In this document: positions 8,467-16,885 of the stretch, piece after piece
How the letters are laid out: each line of letters opens with the position of its first letter
Numbering within the stretch: the stretch's first letter is position 1
Assembly (NCBI GenBank): GCA_025357995.1
Contig: JANYLF010000068.1
Coordinates: forward strand, 1-35,208
Length of the DNA stretch: 35,208 nt
Direction of reading: 5' to 3'
Source of the DNA: Acidimicrobiia bacterium
GTDB taxonomy: Bacteria; Actinomycetota; Acidimicrobiia; IMCC26256; JAENVU01
The notes under the pieces: generated by a model
The model's input: only the letters and a program-made list of their open reading frames with translations
What the model was told of the DNA's origin: nothing
Database searches by the model: none
Position numbers and translations under genes: made by a program

Positions 8467-9723
8467 TCAGGAAGTGGCCACGAGCGCGGCTTCGAACGCG
8501 GCGAGGGCTTGGTCGATCTCGGCTTCCGAGACGATCAGTGGCGGCATCCAGCGCACCACGTTGCCGCCGGAACCGGCGTTCATGAGCAACAAGTGACCCT
8601 CGTCGCGACAATGCGCGGTCACGGCGGCCACCCGCGCCGCATTCGGCGCGCCGTTCGCATCGACCAACTCGCACCCGACCATCAGACCCGGTCCGCGCAC
8701 GTCGATGATCTCGGGGTGCGCGACCGCGAGCGAGCGCAAACCGGAACGAAGTTGCTCGCCGCGCGCGTTGACGTTCTCCATGAAGCCGGGGGCGGTCAGC
8801 ACGTCAATGGTGGCCAGCGCGGCTGCGCACCCGATCGGATTTCCCCCGTAGGTGCCCCCGTGCGCGCCCGTCGCCCACCGGCGCACCAGTTCGGCCGACG
8901 CGCCGATGGCGGAGATCGGGAACCCGGACGCGATTCCCTTCGCCATGATCACGACGTCGGGCACCACGCCGAGCGCGTCGATCGCAAACATCGCGCCGGT
9001 GCGGCCGAAGCCTGATTGCACTTCGTCGGCCACGTACAAGAACCCGTGCTGCTCGCAGCGCGCTTTGATGCCTTGAGCGAACGCGGCCGGTGCCGGCAGG
9101 TACCCACCTTCACCGAGGACCGGTTCCATGACGATCGCCGCCGTCTCACTGGGCGCGGTCTGCGTGGCGAGCAACAGATCGAACGCGTCGAGCGCGCGAC
9201 CAACCGCTTCGTCCTCTGCCAGACCGTCGCGCACCGCGTGCGGGAACGGGGTGACGAAAACACCACTCGGCAGCGGTTGATATCCGGCGCGGTATCCGGT
9301 CTTCGACGTGGTCATTGCCATCGTGAGATGCGACCGACCGTGGAAGGAACCTTGGAACACGACGATGTTCGGTCGACCGGTCGCGTGTTTCGCCAACTTC
9401 ACCGCAGCCTCGGTCGCTTCGGCGCCCGAGTTCGCGAAAAAGAACGTGTCGATCCCGCTCGGCGAGATACCTGCCAGCCGCTCGGCCAGCTGTTCGAGTA
9501 ACGGATGGCGATAACAGTTCACCTGCGCGTGAATGAACCGCGCGGCCTGGGCCTGGATCGCCGCCACCACGGTCGGGTGACAATGCCCGGTGCTCGTGAC
9601 CGCAATCCCACTCGTGAAGTCGAGATATTCGGTGCCGTCGGCGGTGGTAACGATGCACCCCGACCCCGACACCACCGGGAGATCGGTGACCTGAAACCAC
9701 ACGTCGGCGAGATGTGAACCCAT
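8467..9723 (-). CDS. Class III PLP-dependent aminotransferase (4-aminobutyrate/omega-amino acid type)
   Basis: ADEVQSGFGRTG motif, candidate PLP-lysine in VVIMAKGIASGFP, 418 aa. Confidence 0.88.
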   Translation of the reverse strand: MGSHLADVWFQVTDLPVVSGSGCIVTTADGTEYLDFTSGIAVTSTGHCHPTVVAAIQAQAARFIHAQVNCYRHPLLEQLAERLAGISPSGIDTFFFANSGAEATEAAVKLAKHATGRPNIVVFQGSFHGRSHLTMAMTTSKTGYRAGYQPLPSGVFVTPFPHAVRDGLAEDEAVGRALDAFDLLLATQTAPSETAAIVMEPVLGEGGYLPAPAAFAQGIKARCEQHGFLYVADEVQSGFGRTGAMFAIDALGVVPDVVIMAKGIASGFPISAIGASAELVRRWATGAHGGTYGGNPIGCAAALATIDVLTAPGFMENVNARGEQLRSGLRSLAVAHPEIIDVRGPGLMVGCELVDANGAPNAARVAAVTAHCRDEGHLLLMNAGSGGNVVRWMPPLIVSEAEIDQALAAFEAALVATS

Positions 9724-9770
9724 CCGCCGAGGCTATGCCGCCGAACCCACTCGAGCGACGGCTGACCGAA

Positions 9771-10337
9771 CTACGGCTCTTCGGCCGCGGCCTCCGCGGC
9801 CCAGGCGGCGTTGGCCGCGGCAAAGAGTCGCATGGTCCCTTCGACGTCGCGCGGCCTCTCCTCGAGCGTCGCGGCGTCCCATTCGGACCGTCGGCGATCG
9901 CCGAAGAAATCGCCGCCGTACACGTGGAGCGCGACCGCGTACTCGCGTCGTGGGTTGGCGACAGCGTGGATCGCGTCATCCCCCATCACCAGCACATCCC
10001 CCTGGGTGAGCTCACGTCCACCGCTCGGCTCGAGACCGTGCTCGGCCCGACGGAAGAACGCGTTGTCCTCCTGGCCGCCGTACATCCCGACCACCGCGAA
10101 CATCGCGTGCTCGTGCGGGTTCAACTGCATGCCGGGCGTCCACGCGATGTGGAGCACCGTGAGATCCGGCGCACGGTGCAACAGCTTGATGCCACCTTCG
10201 GTGATAGGACCGATCGCCGCACTCAACGCGCCCGGGTCGCTCACCAACTCGGTGACGGCGTCGCGCACCGCCAGCGGCGGGGTGTGCTCCCCGATCGCTT
10301 GGCGACAGCGAATCACAATCTCGTCGATGTCGAGCAT
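9771..10337 (-). CDS. Cupin / double-stranded beta-helix metal-dependent protein (cysteine-dioxygenase-like fold)
   Basis: 188 aa. HxH-type motif LNPHEHAMFAVVGMYGG and later IHAV. Sits tightly between the dehydrogenase and the aminotransferase. Confidence 0.5.
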   Translation of the reverse strand: MLDIDEIVIRCRQAIGEHTPPLAVRDAVTELVSDPGALSAAIGPITEGGIKLLHRAPDLTVLHIAWTPGMQLNPHEHAMFAVVGMYGGQEDNAFFRRAEHGLEPSGGRELTQGDVLVMGDDAIHAVANPRREYAVALHVYGGDFFGDRRRSEWDAATLEERPRDVEGTMRLFAAANAAWAAEAAAEEP

Positions 10338-10346
10338 GTGGCGAGG

Positions 10347-11456
10347 TTAGGACCCGGGCCGCACGCCAGTCATGGGGCGGCCGTCGGTCCACGGAGCGGG
10401 ATCGCCCGGCTCCCACCGACCGCGGCCGAACGGCTCGCGCTCGATGCGCTCGCGCGCCATCCGTTCCGCGGCCCGACCGGGAGGAAGCGACCACTCGCGG
10501 CCGAGCGCAAACACCCGAGCCGTCGTGTCCTCGATGCGCGCGGTCGCGGCCAACGCTCGGTCGTGCGAATATCCGACGAACTCCTCGGCGATGTTCAGGA
10601 TCCCACCCGCGTTCACCACAAAGTCGGGCGCGTAGAGAATCCCTCGGGCCGCGAGTGCATCGTCCATGTCGTCCGACGCGAGTTGGTTGTTCGCACCGCC
10701 GCAGATGATTTCGCACCGCAACGAACCCACCGTCGACGGATTCACCACCTCACCCAGCGCGCACGGCGCCAGGATGTCGCACTCGGCGATCACTGCATCC
10801 TCCGGCGCGACGACTGCGACGCCCAGCTCCGCGACCAATGCCGACACGCGGGCCGGGTCCACATCGGACACCGATACCCGGGCACCGTCCGCGAGCAACG
10901 ACCGCGCGAGCCCGGACCCGACCTTGCCCGCTCCCTGAATCACCACGTGCCGGTCGGCGAGTGTGGTCGAACCCCACCGTTCCTGTGCGGCGGCGCGCAT
11001 TCCGGCCCAGACTCCGAACGCGGTGGTGGGCGACGGATCGCCCGAGCCGCCCAGCGATTCGCTGACGCCGGTGACCCACGGCGTGACCGCCGCGATCCCG
11101 TCCATGTCGGCGGTCGTCGCGCCTACGTCCTCGGCCGCGAGATACCGACCGCCGAGCTCGTCGATCGCGTGGCCGAGCACCGCCAGCTGCTCCGGCGTGC
11201 GCGGCCGCGTGGGATCGGTCCACTGCACCACGGCCTTCCCGCCTCCTTGACGCAGCCCGGCGGCCGCCGCCTTGAGCGACATCGCTTCCGCCAGCCGCAG
11301 CGCGTCGGCGATCGCCGCGCCGTCGTCGGGGTAGTGCCAGAACCGAATACCACCGAGTGAGGGTCCTAGCGCAGTGGAGTGAATCGCGATGACGGCGCGG
11401 ATCCCCGTGTCCGGATCCGCGACGAATACCACCTGTTCGTGTCCGTGCGCGGCCAT
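10347..11456 (-). CDS. Glu/Leu/Phe/Val dehydrogenase family (leucine/valine dehydrogenase-like)
   Basis: LGGIRFW, catalytic-Lys box GGGKAVV, Rossmann VVIQGAGKVGSGLA. Start trimmed to the ATG at 11456 (MAAHGHEQVVF...). The 473-aa track ORF has an Arg-rich upstream extension. Confidence 0.85.
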   Translation of the reverse strand: MAAHGHEQVVFVADPDTGIRAVIAIHSTALGPSLGGIRFWHYPDDGAAIADALRLAEAMSLKAAAAGLRQGGGKAVVQWTDPTRPRTPEQLAVLGHAIDELGGRYLAAEDVGATTADMDGIAAVTPWVTGVSESLGGSGDPSPTTAFGVWAGMRAAAQERWGSTTLADRHVVIQGAGKVGSGLARSLLADGARVSVSDVDPARVSALVAELGVAVVAPEDAVIAECDILAPCALGEVVNPSTVGSLRCEIICGGANNQLASDDMDDALAARGILYAPDFVVNAGGILNIAEEFVGYSHDRALAATARIEDTTARVFALGREWSLPPGRAAERMARERIEREPFGRGRWEPGDPAPWTDGRPMTGVRPGS

Positions 11457-11509
11457 GACCTCGGAGATCTGCACCTCGGGGACTGTAGGACCACTGATTC
11501 CGAGAGGTC

Positions 11510-11926
11510 CTACGAGGGCGCGTCCGTCGGATCGAGGTCGAGCGCGAGTGAGTTCACGCAGTACCGCATCCCCGTCGGGTTCGGACCGTCGGGAAAGACG
11601 TGGCCCAGATGCCCGCCGCACCGCGCGCACACGATCTCGGTGCGCACCATGCCGTGATCGGAATCGGTGCGTTCCTCGACCGCGCCCGGCTTGGCCGCAG
11701 CCCAGAACGACGGCCAACCGCTCCCGGAGTGAAACTTGGTATCCGACGCAAACAACTCCGCGCCGCATCCCGCGCAGCGATACATGCCGTCGGTTTCCGT
11801 GTCGTTGTACGCACCGGTGAACGCGCGCTCGGTGGCGGCCTCCCGCAACACCGCGTACTGCTCGGAGCTCAGACGGGCGCGCCAGTCGTCGTCGGTCAGG
11901 GCGGTCGGGTCGAGATCTTCAGCCAT
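11510..11926 (-). CDS. msrB: Peptide-methionine (R)-S-oxide reductase
   Basis: Two CxxC zinc motifs (CAGCG, CARCG), catalytic box [19 protein letters not shown]; 138 aa. Confidence 0.9.
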   Translation of the reverse strand: MAEDLDPTALTDDDWRARLSSEQYAVLREAATERAFTGAYNDTETDGMYRCAGCGAELFASDTKFHSGSGWPSFWAAAKPGAVEERTDSDHGMVRTEIVCARCGGHLGHVFPDGPNPTGMRYCVNSLALDLDPTDAPS

Positions 11927-12009
11927 CGGACCAGGTTATGGGGCCTCCGACGCTCGATTCTGCACACAATCTCCACAGGTCAAGAGAGTCGTCTTCACCG
12001 ACAGTTCCG

Positions 12010-12015
12010 TATCCT
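12010..12015 (+). promoter_or_regulatory. Candidate -10 hexamer (TATCCT, TANNNT class) for a leaderless response-regulator transcript
   Basis: TATCCT ends 6 nt before the GTG start at 12022. There is no SD-like purine run in between. The surrounding 96-nt divergent gap is AT-enriched. Confidence 0.3.
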
Positions 12016-12021
12016 TGAAGC

Positions 12022-12738
12022 GTGAGCACGCAAGACCACTCGACGGCTCGGGGTCGAACCATTCTCGTCATCGAAGACGAGGCCCCGATCGCCGACGCGA
12101 TCGCCGCCCGACTCCGTTCCGAGGGCTACGCCGTGGAAATCGCAGTCGACGGTCCGGGCGGAGTGAGCCGCTGCGCCGACGTGCACCCCGACGCCGTCGT
12201 CCTCGACCTCATGCTGCCGGGCATGGACGGCCTCGAGGTTTGCGAACAGATCCAGGCCGAACGCGCGGTTCCCGTCTTGATACTCACCGCCCGCGACTCC
12301 GAGCACGATCTCCTCGTGGGCCTCGGCGTCGGCGCCGACGACTACATGACCAAGCCGTTCAGCAGCCGAGAACTCGTCGCCCGGGTGCATGCACTCCTGC
12401 GCCGCGTGGATCGGTCTCGGGCCGCCGGCGCCACGGACAAGGTGCGCGAGATCATTCGCGTTGCCCAGCTCGACATCGATCCGATCACGCGTCGCGTCCA
12501 TCAAGACGGCGAGCCGGTGCACCTCACCCCGACCGAGTTCGACCTCGTGCTCTTCCTCGCGGAAACGCCCGGCGCGGTCTTCACCCGCGAGGATCTCCTC
12601 GAAGAGGTGTGGGGCTACGCGGTCGCGTCCGGCGTCCGGACCGTCGACTCGCACATTCGCGCGTTGCGGCGCAAGCTCGGCAACGACGTGATCCGCACCG
12701 TGCACGGCGTGGGCTACGCGTTCGAGGACGCCGCGTGA
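12022..12738 (+). CDS. OmpR/PhoB-family response regulator
   Basis: Receiver domain (ILVIEDE, acceptor Asp in VVLDLMLPGMDG, TKPF) plus a winged-helix output (LTPTEFDLVLFLA...VDSHIRALRRKLG). GTG start. Confidence 0.9.
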   Translation: MSTQDHSTARGRTILVIEDEAPIADAIAARLRSEGYAVEIAVDGPGGVSRCADVHPDAVVLDLMLPGMDGLEVCEQIQAERAVPVLILTARDSEHDLLVGLGVGADDYMTKPFSSRELVARVHALLRRVDRSRAAGATDKVREIIRVAQLDIDPITRRVHQDGEPVHLTPTEFDLVLFLAETPGAVFTREDLLEEVWGYAVASGVRTVDSHIRALRRKLGNDVIRTVHGVGYAFEDAA

Positions 12739-13802
12739 AACACATGCCCCAGGTACCTCACGTGCCCGACCGTCCGCTCGACGCACTGACCTCCATCAAG
12801 GTCAAGCTCGCTACCCTCATCGTGGGCGCGGTGAGCGTGACCGTATTCGTCTTCTGGTTCGGCGTGCGGATTGTCCACGTGTGGCCGAGTGCGGCCGGGA
12901 TCATCGCGGCTGCCGTCGCACTCCTGCTGGTCAGCCGACTCGCGCGCGGGATGACGTCACCGTTGCGCGAGATGGCCGCTGCGGCTCAGGCCATGGCCAA
13001 GGGCGACTACACCCAACACGTGACTGCGACTTCGCACGACGAGGTCGGTCGGCTGGCCACGGCGTTCAACCAGATGGCCGCCGAGCTCGCGGAAACCGAC
13101 CGTGTCCGTCGCGATCTCGTCGCGAACGTGAGCCACGAGTTGCGCACACCGCTGACCGCGCTGCAGGCCACGCTCGAGAATCTGGTCGACGGCGTGGCGA
13201 CGGCCGATCCGCGCACCCTCACAACCATGCTCGGCCAGGTGGAACGACTCGGTCGCCTGGTGACACAACTCCTCGACCTTTCCCGTCTCGAAGCCGGCAC
13301 GGTTCCCCTCGACCGCCATGCATTCGCGGTTGAACCGGTCCTCGCACACGCGGTGCGCGAACAGGAGCTCAACGACGCCGGCATCGCCATCGAGATGCGC
13401 GTCGACGACCACGCGCTCTCGGCCGACGGCGACCCCGAACGTGTCCATCAGGTAGTCGCCAACCTGCTCGAGAACGCAGTGCGCCATTCACCGAACGGTG
13501 GTTCGGTGATCGTCCGCGCCCGTCGCACCGCCGAAAGTGTGGTCATCGAAGTGCTTGACGAAGGGCCGGGAATCGCCGCGGCCGACGCCGAACGCGTCTT
13601 CGAGCGCTTCTATCGCGCCGACACCGCACGCTCGTCGTCCGACGGCGGCGCGGGGCTCGGCCTCGCAATCGCCCGCTGGATCGTCGACCTCCACGGTGGC
13701 GAGATCCACTCGGAACCCCGCGAACCCCACGGCTGTCGCATGGTCGTCACGCTGCCCGGAGCCCACCCGCAACCCCGCCAATCCGAGGAGATCACCCAAT
13801 GA
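12735..13802 (+). CDS. Sensor histidine kinase (two TM helices with a minimal loop, then HAMP, HisKA, HATPase_c)
   Basis: H-box SHELRTPLTAL, N-box NLLENAVRHSP, G1 DEGPGI, G2 GGAGLGLAIA. GTGA overlap with the regulator stop at 12735-12738; alternative ATG at 12744. Confidence 0.85.
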   Translation: MKHMPQVPHVPDRPLDALTSIKVKLATLIVGAVSVTVFVFWFGVRIVHVWPSAAGIIAAAVALLLVSRLARGMTSPLREMAAAAQAMAKGDYTQHVTATSHDEVGRLATAFNQMAAELAETDRVRRDLVANVSHELRTPLTALQATLENLVDGVATADPRTLTTMLGQVERLGRLVTQLLDLSRLEAGTVPLDRHAFAVEPVLAHAVREQELNDAGIAIEMRVDDHALSADGDPERVHQVVANLLENAVRHSPNGGSVIVRARRTAESVVIEVLDEGPGIAAADAERVFERFYRADTARSSSDGGAGLGLAIARWIVDLHGGEIHSEPREPHGCRMVVTLPGAHPQPRQSEEITQ

Positions 13803-14461
13803 GCTTCGCAACCATCGACGAGGCCCTCCGCCGCATCCGCCGCGGCGAAATGGTCCTCGTGGCCGACGACGAAGATCGTGAGAACGAAGGCGATCTCACG
13901 ATGGCCGCGGAGTGGGTCACACCTGAGGCCGTGAACTTCATGCTCCGGTGGGCGCGTGGACTCGTGTGCATGCCGACCGATCCCTCGTATCTCGACCGAC
14001 TCGAGATCCCACCGATGGTCCCGCCCGACGCGGCCGGGAACGACACGCCGTTCAGTATCTCGATCGATCACCGGGACGCCGGGAGCGGTATCGGCGCGGC
14101 GGATCGTGCTCACACCGTGCGGCGGTTCCTGGACCCGAACGCGACCCCGGGAGAGTTTCTGCGCCCCGGTCACGTGTTCCCCTTACGCGCGCGTACGCGC
14201 GGTGTACTCGAACGTCGCGGTCACACCGAGGCCGCGGTCGACCTCGCGCGCCTCGCGGGTCTGGCTCCGGTGGCCGTGATCTGCGAAGTGCTGCACGACG
14301 ACGGCTCACCCGCGCGCATGCCGTTCCTTCAACTCTTCGCCGAGGAACACCGCATCGCGATCATCACCGTCGCGCAGATTGTCGAACACATCGAAGCAAC
14401 CGGCGCGAGTGCCGCCGACGGCCAACTCGCCGGAGCCGGCCGCGCCCCCCTGCTCCTCTGA
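13799..14461 (+). CDS. ribB: 3,4-dihydroxy-2-butanone-4-phosphate synthase, stand-alone (not a RibBA fusion)
   Basis: DDEDRENEGDL, MLRWARGLVCMP, RRGHTEAAVDLARLAGL; 220 aa. ATGA overlap with the kinase stop at 13799-13802. Confidence 0.85.
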   Translation: MSFATIDEALRRIRRGEMVLVADDEDRENEGDLTMAAEWVTPEAVNFMLRWARGLVCMPTDPSYLDRLEIPPMVPPDAAGNDTPFSISIDHRDAGSGIGAADRAHTVRRFLDPNATPGEFLRPGHVFPLRARTRGVLERRGHTEAAVDLARLAGLAPVAVICEVLHDDGSPARMPFLQLFAEEHRIAIITVAQIVEHIEATGASAADGQLAGAGRAPLLL

Positions 14462-14468
14462 CGAGACC

Positions 14469-14723
14469 TCAGGTACCCGGGTCTTCGCCGACTTCTCGAA
14501 GCGCAGCCGCCACGGCGGCGCGTAAGCGTCGGGCGGTCGCGGGCGCGAGGTGCGCCACCAGTCCGTAGCCCGCGCCGCCACGCTCCTCCAGCGTGAGACT
14601 CACCCTCGGCTCCCCGTCATCGGACGCGCCCGGGTCGTCGGTCAGCCCGACCATCCAGGAAATCGCCGGGAATTCTTCGTCGGCGGGGTGGTCGTCGAGG
14701 GCATCGTCGATCGAGCGGCGCAT
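14469..14723 (-). CDS. Hypothetical small acidic protein (84 aa from internal ATG)
   Basis: Hand count over 85 triplets gives GC of about 80/55/79% by position, which fits a coding phase. The minus-frame product looks protein-like. The same-phase plus ORF (14550-14750) is Arg-rich. No recognisable family. Confidence 0.4.
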   Translation of the reverse strand: MRRSIDDALDDHPADEEFPAISWMVGLTDDPGASDDGEPRVSLTLEERGGAGYGLVAHLAPATARRLRAAVAAALREVGEDPGT

Positions 14724-14757
14724 ACCCGCGGACGTTACTGCCGCGCGTAGGTCAGAG

Positions 14758-15312
14758 TTATGGCCGCCGGCCCATGAATGCGACGAAGGCTTCCGTCGGT
14801 GTCGCTGCGGCGCCAACCTCGACTGCCGCGGCGATCCCGGCAAAGTTCCGAATGTCGTCGCTCACGAACCCTTGGGCGAGGATCAACATTGAGGCCGCGA
14901 GCTCCGGGGGAAGATCCTCCGCCTGCCCGGTCGCCCGCGCGATGTCCCACGCGTGCGACGCGGTATCGACGACGTTGATCGACGCGCCGAGGCTCGCGGG
15001 CATCGGCCCCGCGCCGATGTTGACCTCACCGTCGAATCCCGCGCTCCGCCACGCGGCGAGCGTGCCATCGGCGGCCGTCCGGAATTGGCGGGCGAAGTCG
15101 GCGTCAAGCGCGATCGCGTTCACATCGGGGATCAGTGCATCGCCACGCACGCCGCATCCCACGTTCGTGACGACACCGATCGTGTGGGTCAGCAAGGCGC
15201 GCACGTCCCATTCGGTGCACGGTGTCGGCGCGGTCATCTGCTCGGGCCGTACGCCGCCGATCACCGCCGCCGCGTGATCGAAGGTCTGAGCAAGTGCGTC
15301 GAGGGTCTCCAT
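14758..15312 (-). CDS. DinB/mycothiol-maleylpyruvate-isomerase N-terminal-domain family protein (TIGR03086-like)
   Basis: METLDAL...PTPCTEWDVRALLTHTIG. 184 aa from the ATG at 15312. The upstream part of the 325-aa track ORF is an extension across the promoter region. Confidence 0.65.
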   Translation of the reverse strand: METLDALAQTFDHAAAVIGGVRPEQMTAPTPCTEWDVRALLTHTIGVVTNVGCGVRGDALIPDVNAIALDADFARQFRTAADGTLAAWRSAGFDGEVNIGAGPMPASLGASINVVDTASHAWDIARATGQAEDLPPELAASMLILAQGFVSDDIRNFAGIAAAVEVGAAATPTEAFVAFMGRRP

Positions 15313-15351
15313 AAACACTCCAATCGGAAAGGGCTTGCATTGTACGGATCT

Positions 15352-15371
15352 ATGTAAGAAGATACTTACAT
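15352..15371. promoter_or_regulatory. Perfect 7-bp inverted repeat ATGTAAG-N6-CTTACAT overlapping the ArsR start codon; candidate ArsR/SmtB operator
   Basis: Read directly at 15352-15358 and 15365-15371. It lies in the most AT-rich patch of the window, in the 57-nt divergent gap between the DinB-like gene and the ArsR gene. Confidence 0.55.
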
Positions 15372-15741
15372 GAATCTCCCGGCCGCGCAACCTGCTCACC
15401 TCGACACCGCCGCGCACGCACTCGCCGATCCGACCCGCCGAAGGATTCTCCGCCTCGTTCGAGACGACGAACGTTCGGCGGGCGAGCTGGCGGCGGAGTT
15501 CACCCACCTCAGTCGGCCGGCCGTCTCGCAGCATCTGCGGGTGCTCAAGCGTGCGGAGCTCGTCGCCGTGCGGCGCGACGGCAATCACCGGATGTACCGA
15601 TGCCGACCGGAGGGACTCGACGATATGCGCACGTTCATCGACGAGATGTGGACCGACCGACTGGCACGCCTCAAGCGCGCCGCAGAGAACGCAGACCGAC
15701 CGGCGCGTCAACCGGCCAAGAAGAAGGGAAAGCATTCATGA
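15370..15741 (+). CDS. ArsR/SmtB family transcriptional regulator
   Basis: LADPTRRRILRLV...ELAAEFTHLSRPAVSQHLRVLKRAELV (wHTH); 123 aa. Confidence 0.85.
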   Translation: MNLPAAQPAHLDTAAHALADPTRRRILRLVRDDERSAGELAAEFTHLSRPAVSQHLRVLKRAELVAVRRDGNHRMYRCRPEGLDDMRTFIDEMWTDRLARLKRAAENADRPARQPAKKKGKHS

Positions 15742-16175
15742 CCGATGCAACCACCCAGCTGGAGACGATCGAACAGACCGTCCATATCGAGGCGAGTCCG
15801 GAGACGGTCTGGACGTTCTGGACCGACCCGGCACGCATCTGCCAATGGATGGGGATCGAGGCCGAGTTGGACCCCGAGACCGGTGGCCTGTTTCGCGTCG
15901 TACTGGCAGAGGGCCCCGTGATGCTCGGAGAGTTCGTCGAGCTCGACCCACCCCGTCGACTGGTGTTCACGTTCGGCTGGGAAGGTGGGGGTCCCGGTGG
16001 TCCCATGGCGCCCGGATCATCTCGGGTCGAGGTCACGCTGGAACCCGACGGGAGCAACACCGTGCTGACCCTCCGTCACGAGCTGCCGTCGACCCACGCC
16101 GCCGACCACGCGAAGGGATGGGCGTACTTCGTCGGCGAACGGCTGGTGGCCTACGCAAACGAGGTGCAGTCGTGA
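15738..16175 (+). CDS. SRPBCC/AHSA1-domain protein
   Basis: IEASPETVWTFWTDPARICQWMG...VEVTLEPDGSNTVLTLRH. ATGA overlap with the ArsR stop (15738-15741), matching the common ArsR+SRPBCC pair. Confidence 0.8.
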   Translation: MTDATTQLETIEQTVHIEASPETVWTFWTDPARICQWMGIEAELDPETGGLFRVVLAEGPVMLGEFVELDPPRRLVFTFGWEGGGPGGPMAPGSSRVEVTLEPDGSNTVLTLRHELPSTHAADHAKGWAYFVGERLVAYANEVQS

Positions 16176-16217
16176 CTCCGGCGATGCCCAGAGACCTCAC
16201 GCACCTGGAGCCTGCAA

Positions 16218-16847
16218 TTACGTCGTGAGCGAGATCACAAGCAGTGCTTGCGCGACGTGATAGGTCACGATGATCGCGAGTGGTTGCCACCTTCGTGAGC
16301 GGACGAAGCGGTCCTCGCCGATCAGCGCGTCCGATGTCATGAAGAGCAGCGCGCCGACGGCTGCGACCGGGTTGCCACACGCGACCGCGCTGCTCACCAT
16401 GATCAGGATCGTGACCACGTAGGCGATGACCGGAGCGATCAACTCGGGGTGCCGTGACGCGCGGATACCGCGGACGAGTCGCATGCCCAGTACGGCCGCA
16501 ATCAGCACTACCGGGATCGCGAACAACCAGGTCCCGTCGCTCGCCTGGTTCAAGCCCACGACGTACGCGATGTGCCCGAGCAGGAACGACGCGAGACCCG
16601 CTACGAACGCGTCCGAGGGCAACATCAGGAAAACATCACCCGCGAGCGACAGGACCAGCGCGATCACGAACCACGTGCGCGTGCTCGACGATGCCGGGTC
16701 GAGCGTGATCGCGGCACCGATCATCAAGACCAAGGTGAGCGGCTTGCACACGTAGATGCCGGTCCGGCGATCCCACCCGACCGAGACCCAGTTGCCGATC
16801 GCCGCGGCTCCCGCCGCGATCAACAATCCGACGGCGAGCGCGTTCAT
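16218..16847 (-). CDS. YhhN/lysoplasmalogenase family membrane protein
   Basis: Multi-TM. LSLAGDVFLML and FLLGHIAYVVGL motifs. Start trimmed to the ATG at 16847 (MNALAVGLL...). Confidence 0.75.
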   Translation of the reverse strand: MNALAVGLLIAAGAAAIGNWVSVGWDRRTGIYVCKPLTLVLMIGAAITLDPASSSTRTWFVIALVLSLAGDVFLMLPSDAFVAGLASFLLGHIAYVVGLNQASDGTWLFAIPVVLIAAVLGMRLVRGIRASRHPELIAPVIAYVVTILIMVSSAVACGNPVAAVGALLFMTSDALIGEDRFVRSRRWQPLAIIVTYHVAQALLVISLTT

Positions 16848-16885
16848 CGACGGTCTCGGGTCGCCATCGTGGCACGATAGGCCAC

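Noticed and set aside
9714-11360. 548-aa plus-strand ORF opposite the cupin and Leu/Val dehydrogenase genes
   Set aside because: Shadow ORF. The minus strand encodes the GGGK and Rossmann motifs of an amino-acid dehydrogenase. The plus product is Arg/His/Pro-rich with no motifs.
13700-13802. FMN riboswitch upstream of ribB
   Set aside because: There is no non-coding space. The ribB ATG overlaps the histidine-kinase stop, so a riboswitch leader cannot be present.
14464-14484. Short hairpin (AGACC / GGTCT) and the 8-bp palindrome ACCCGGGT between convergent ribB and the small hypothetical gene
   Set aside because: The stem is only 5 bp, with an 11-nt loop and no U-tract. This is too weak to call a terminator.
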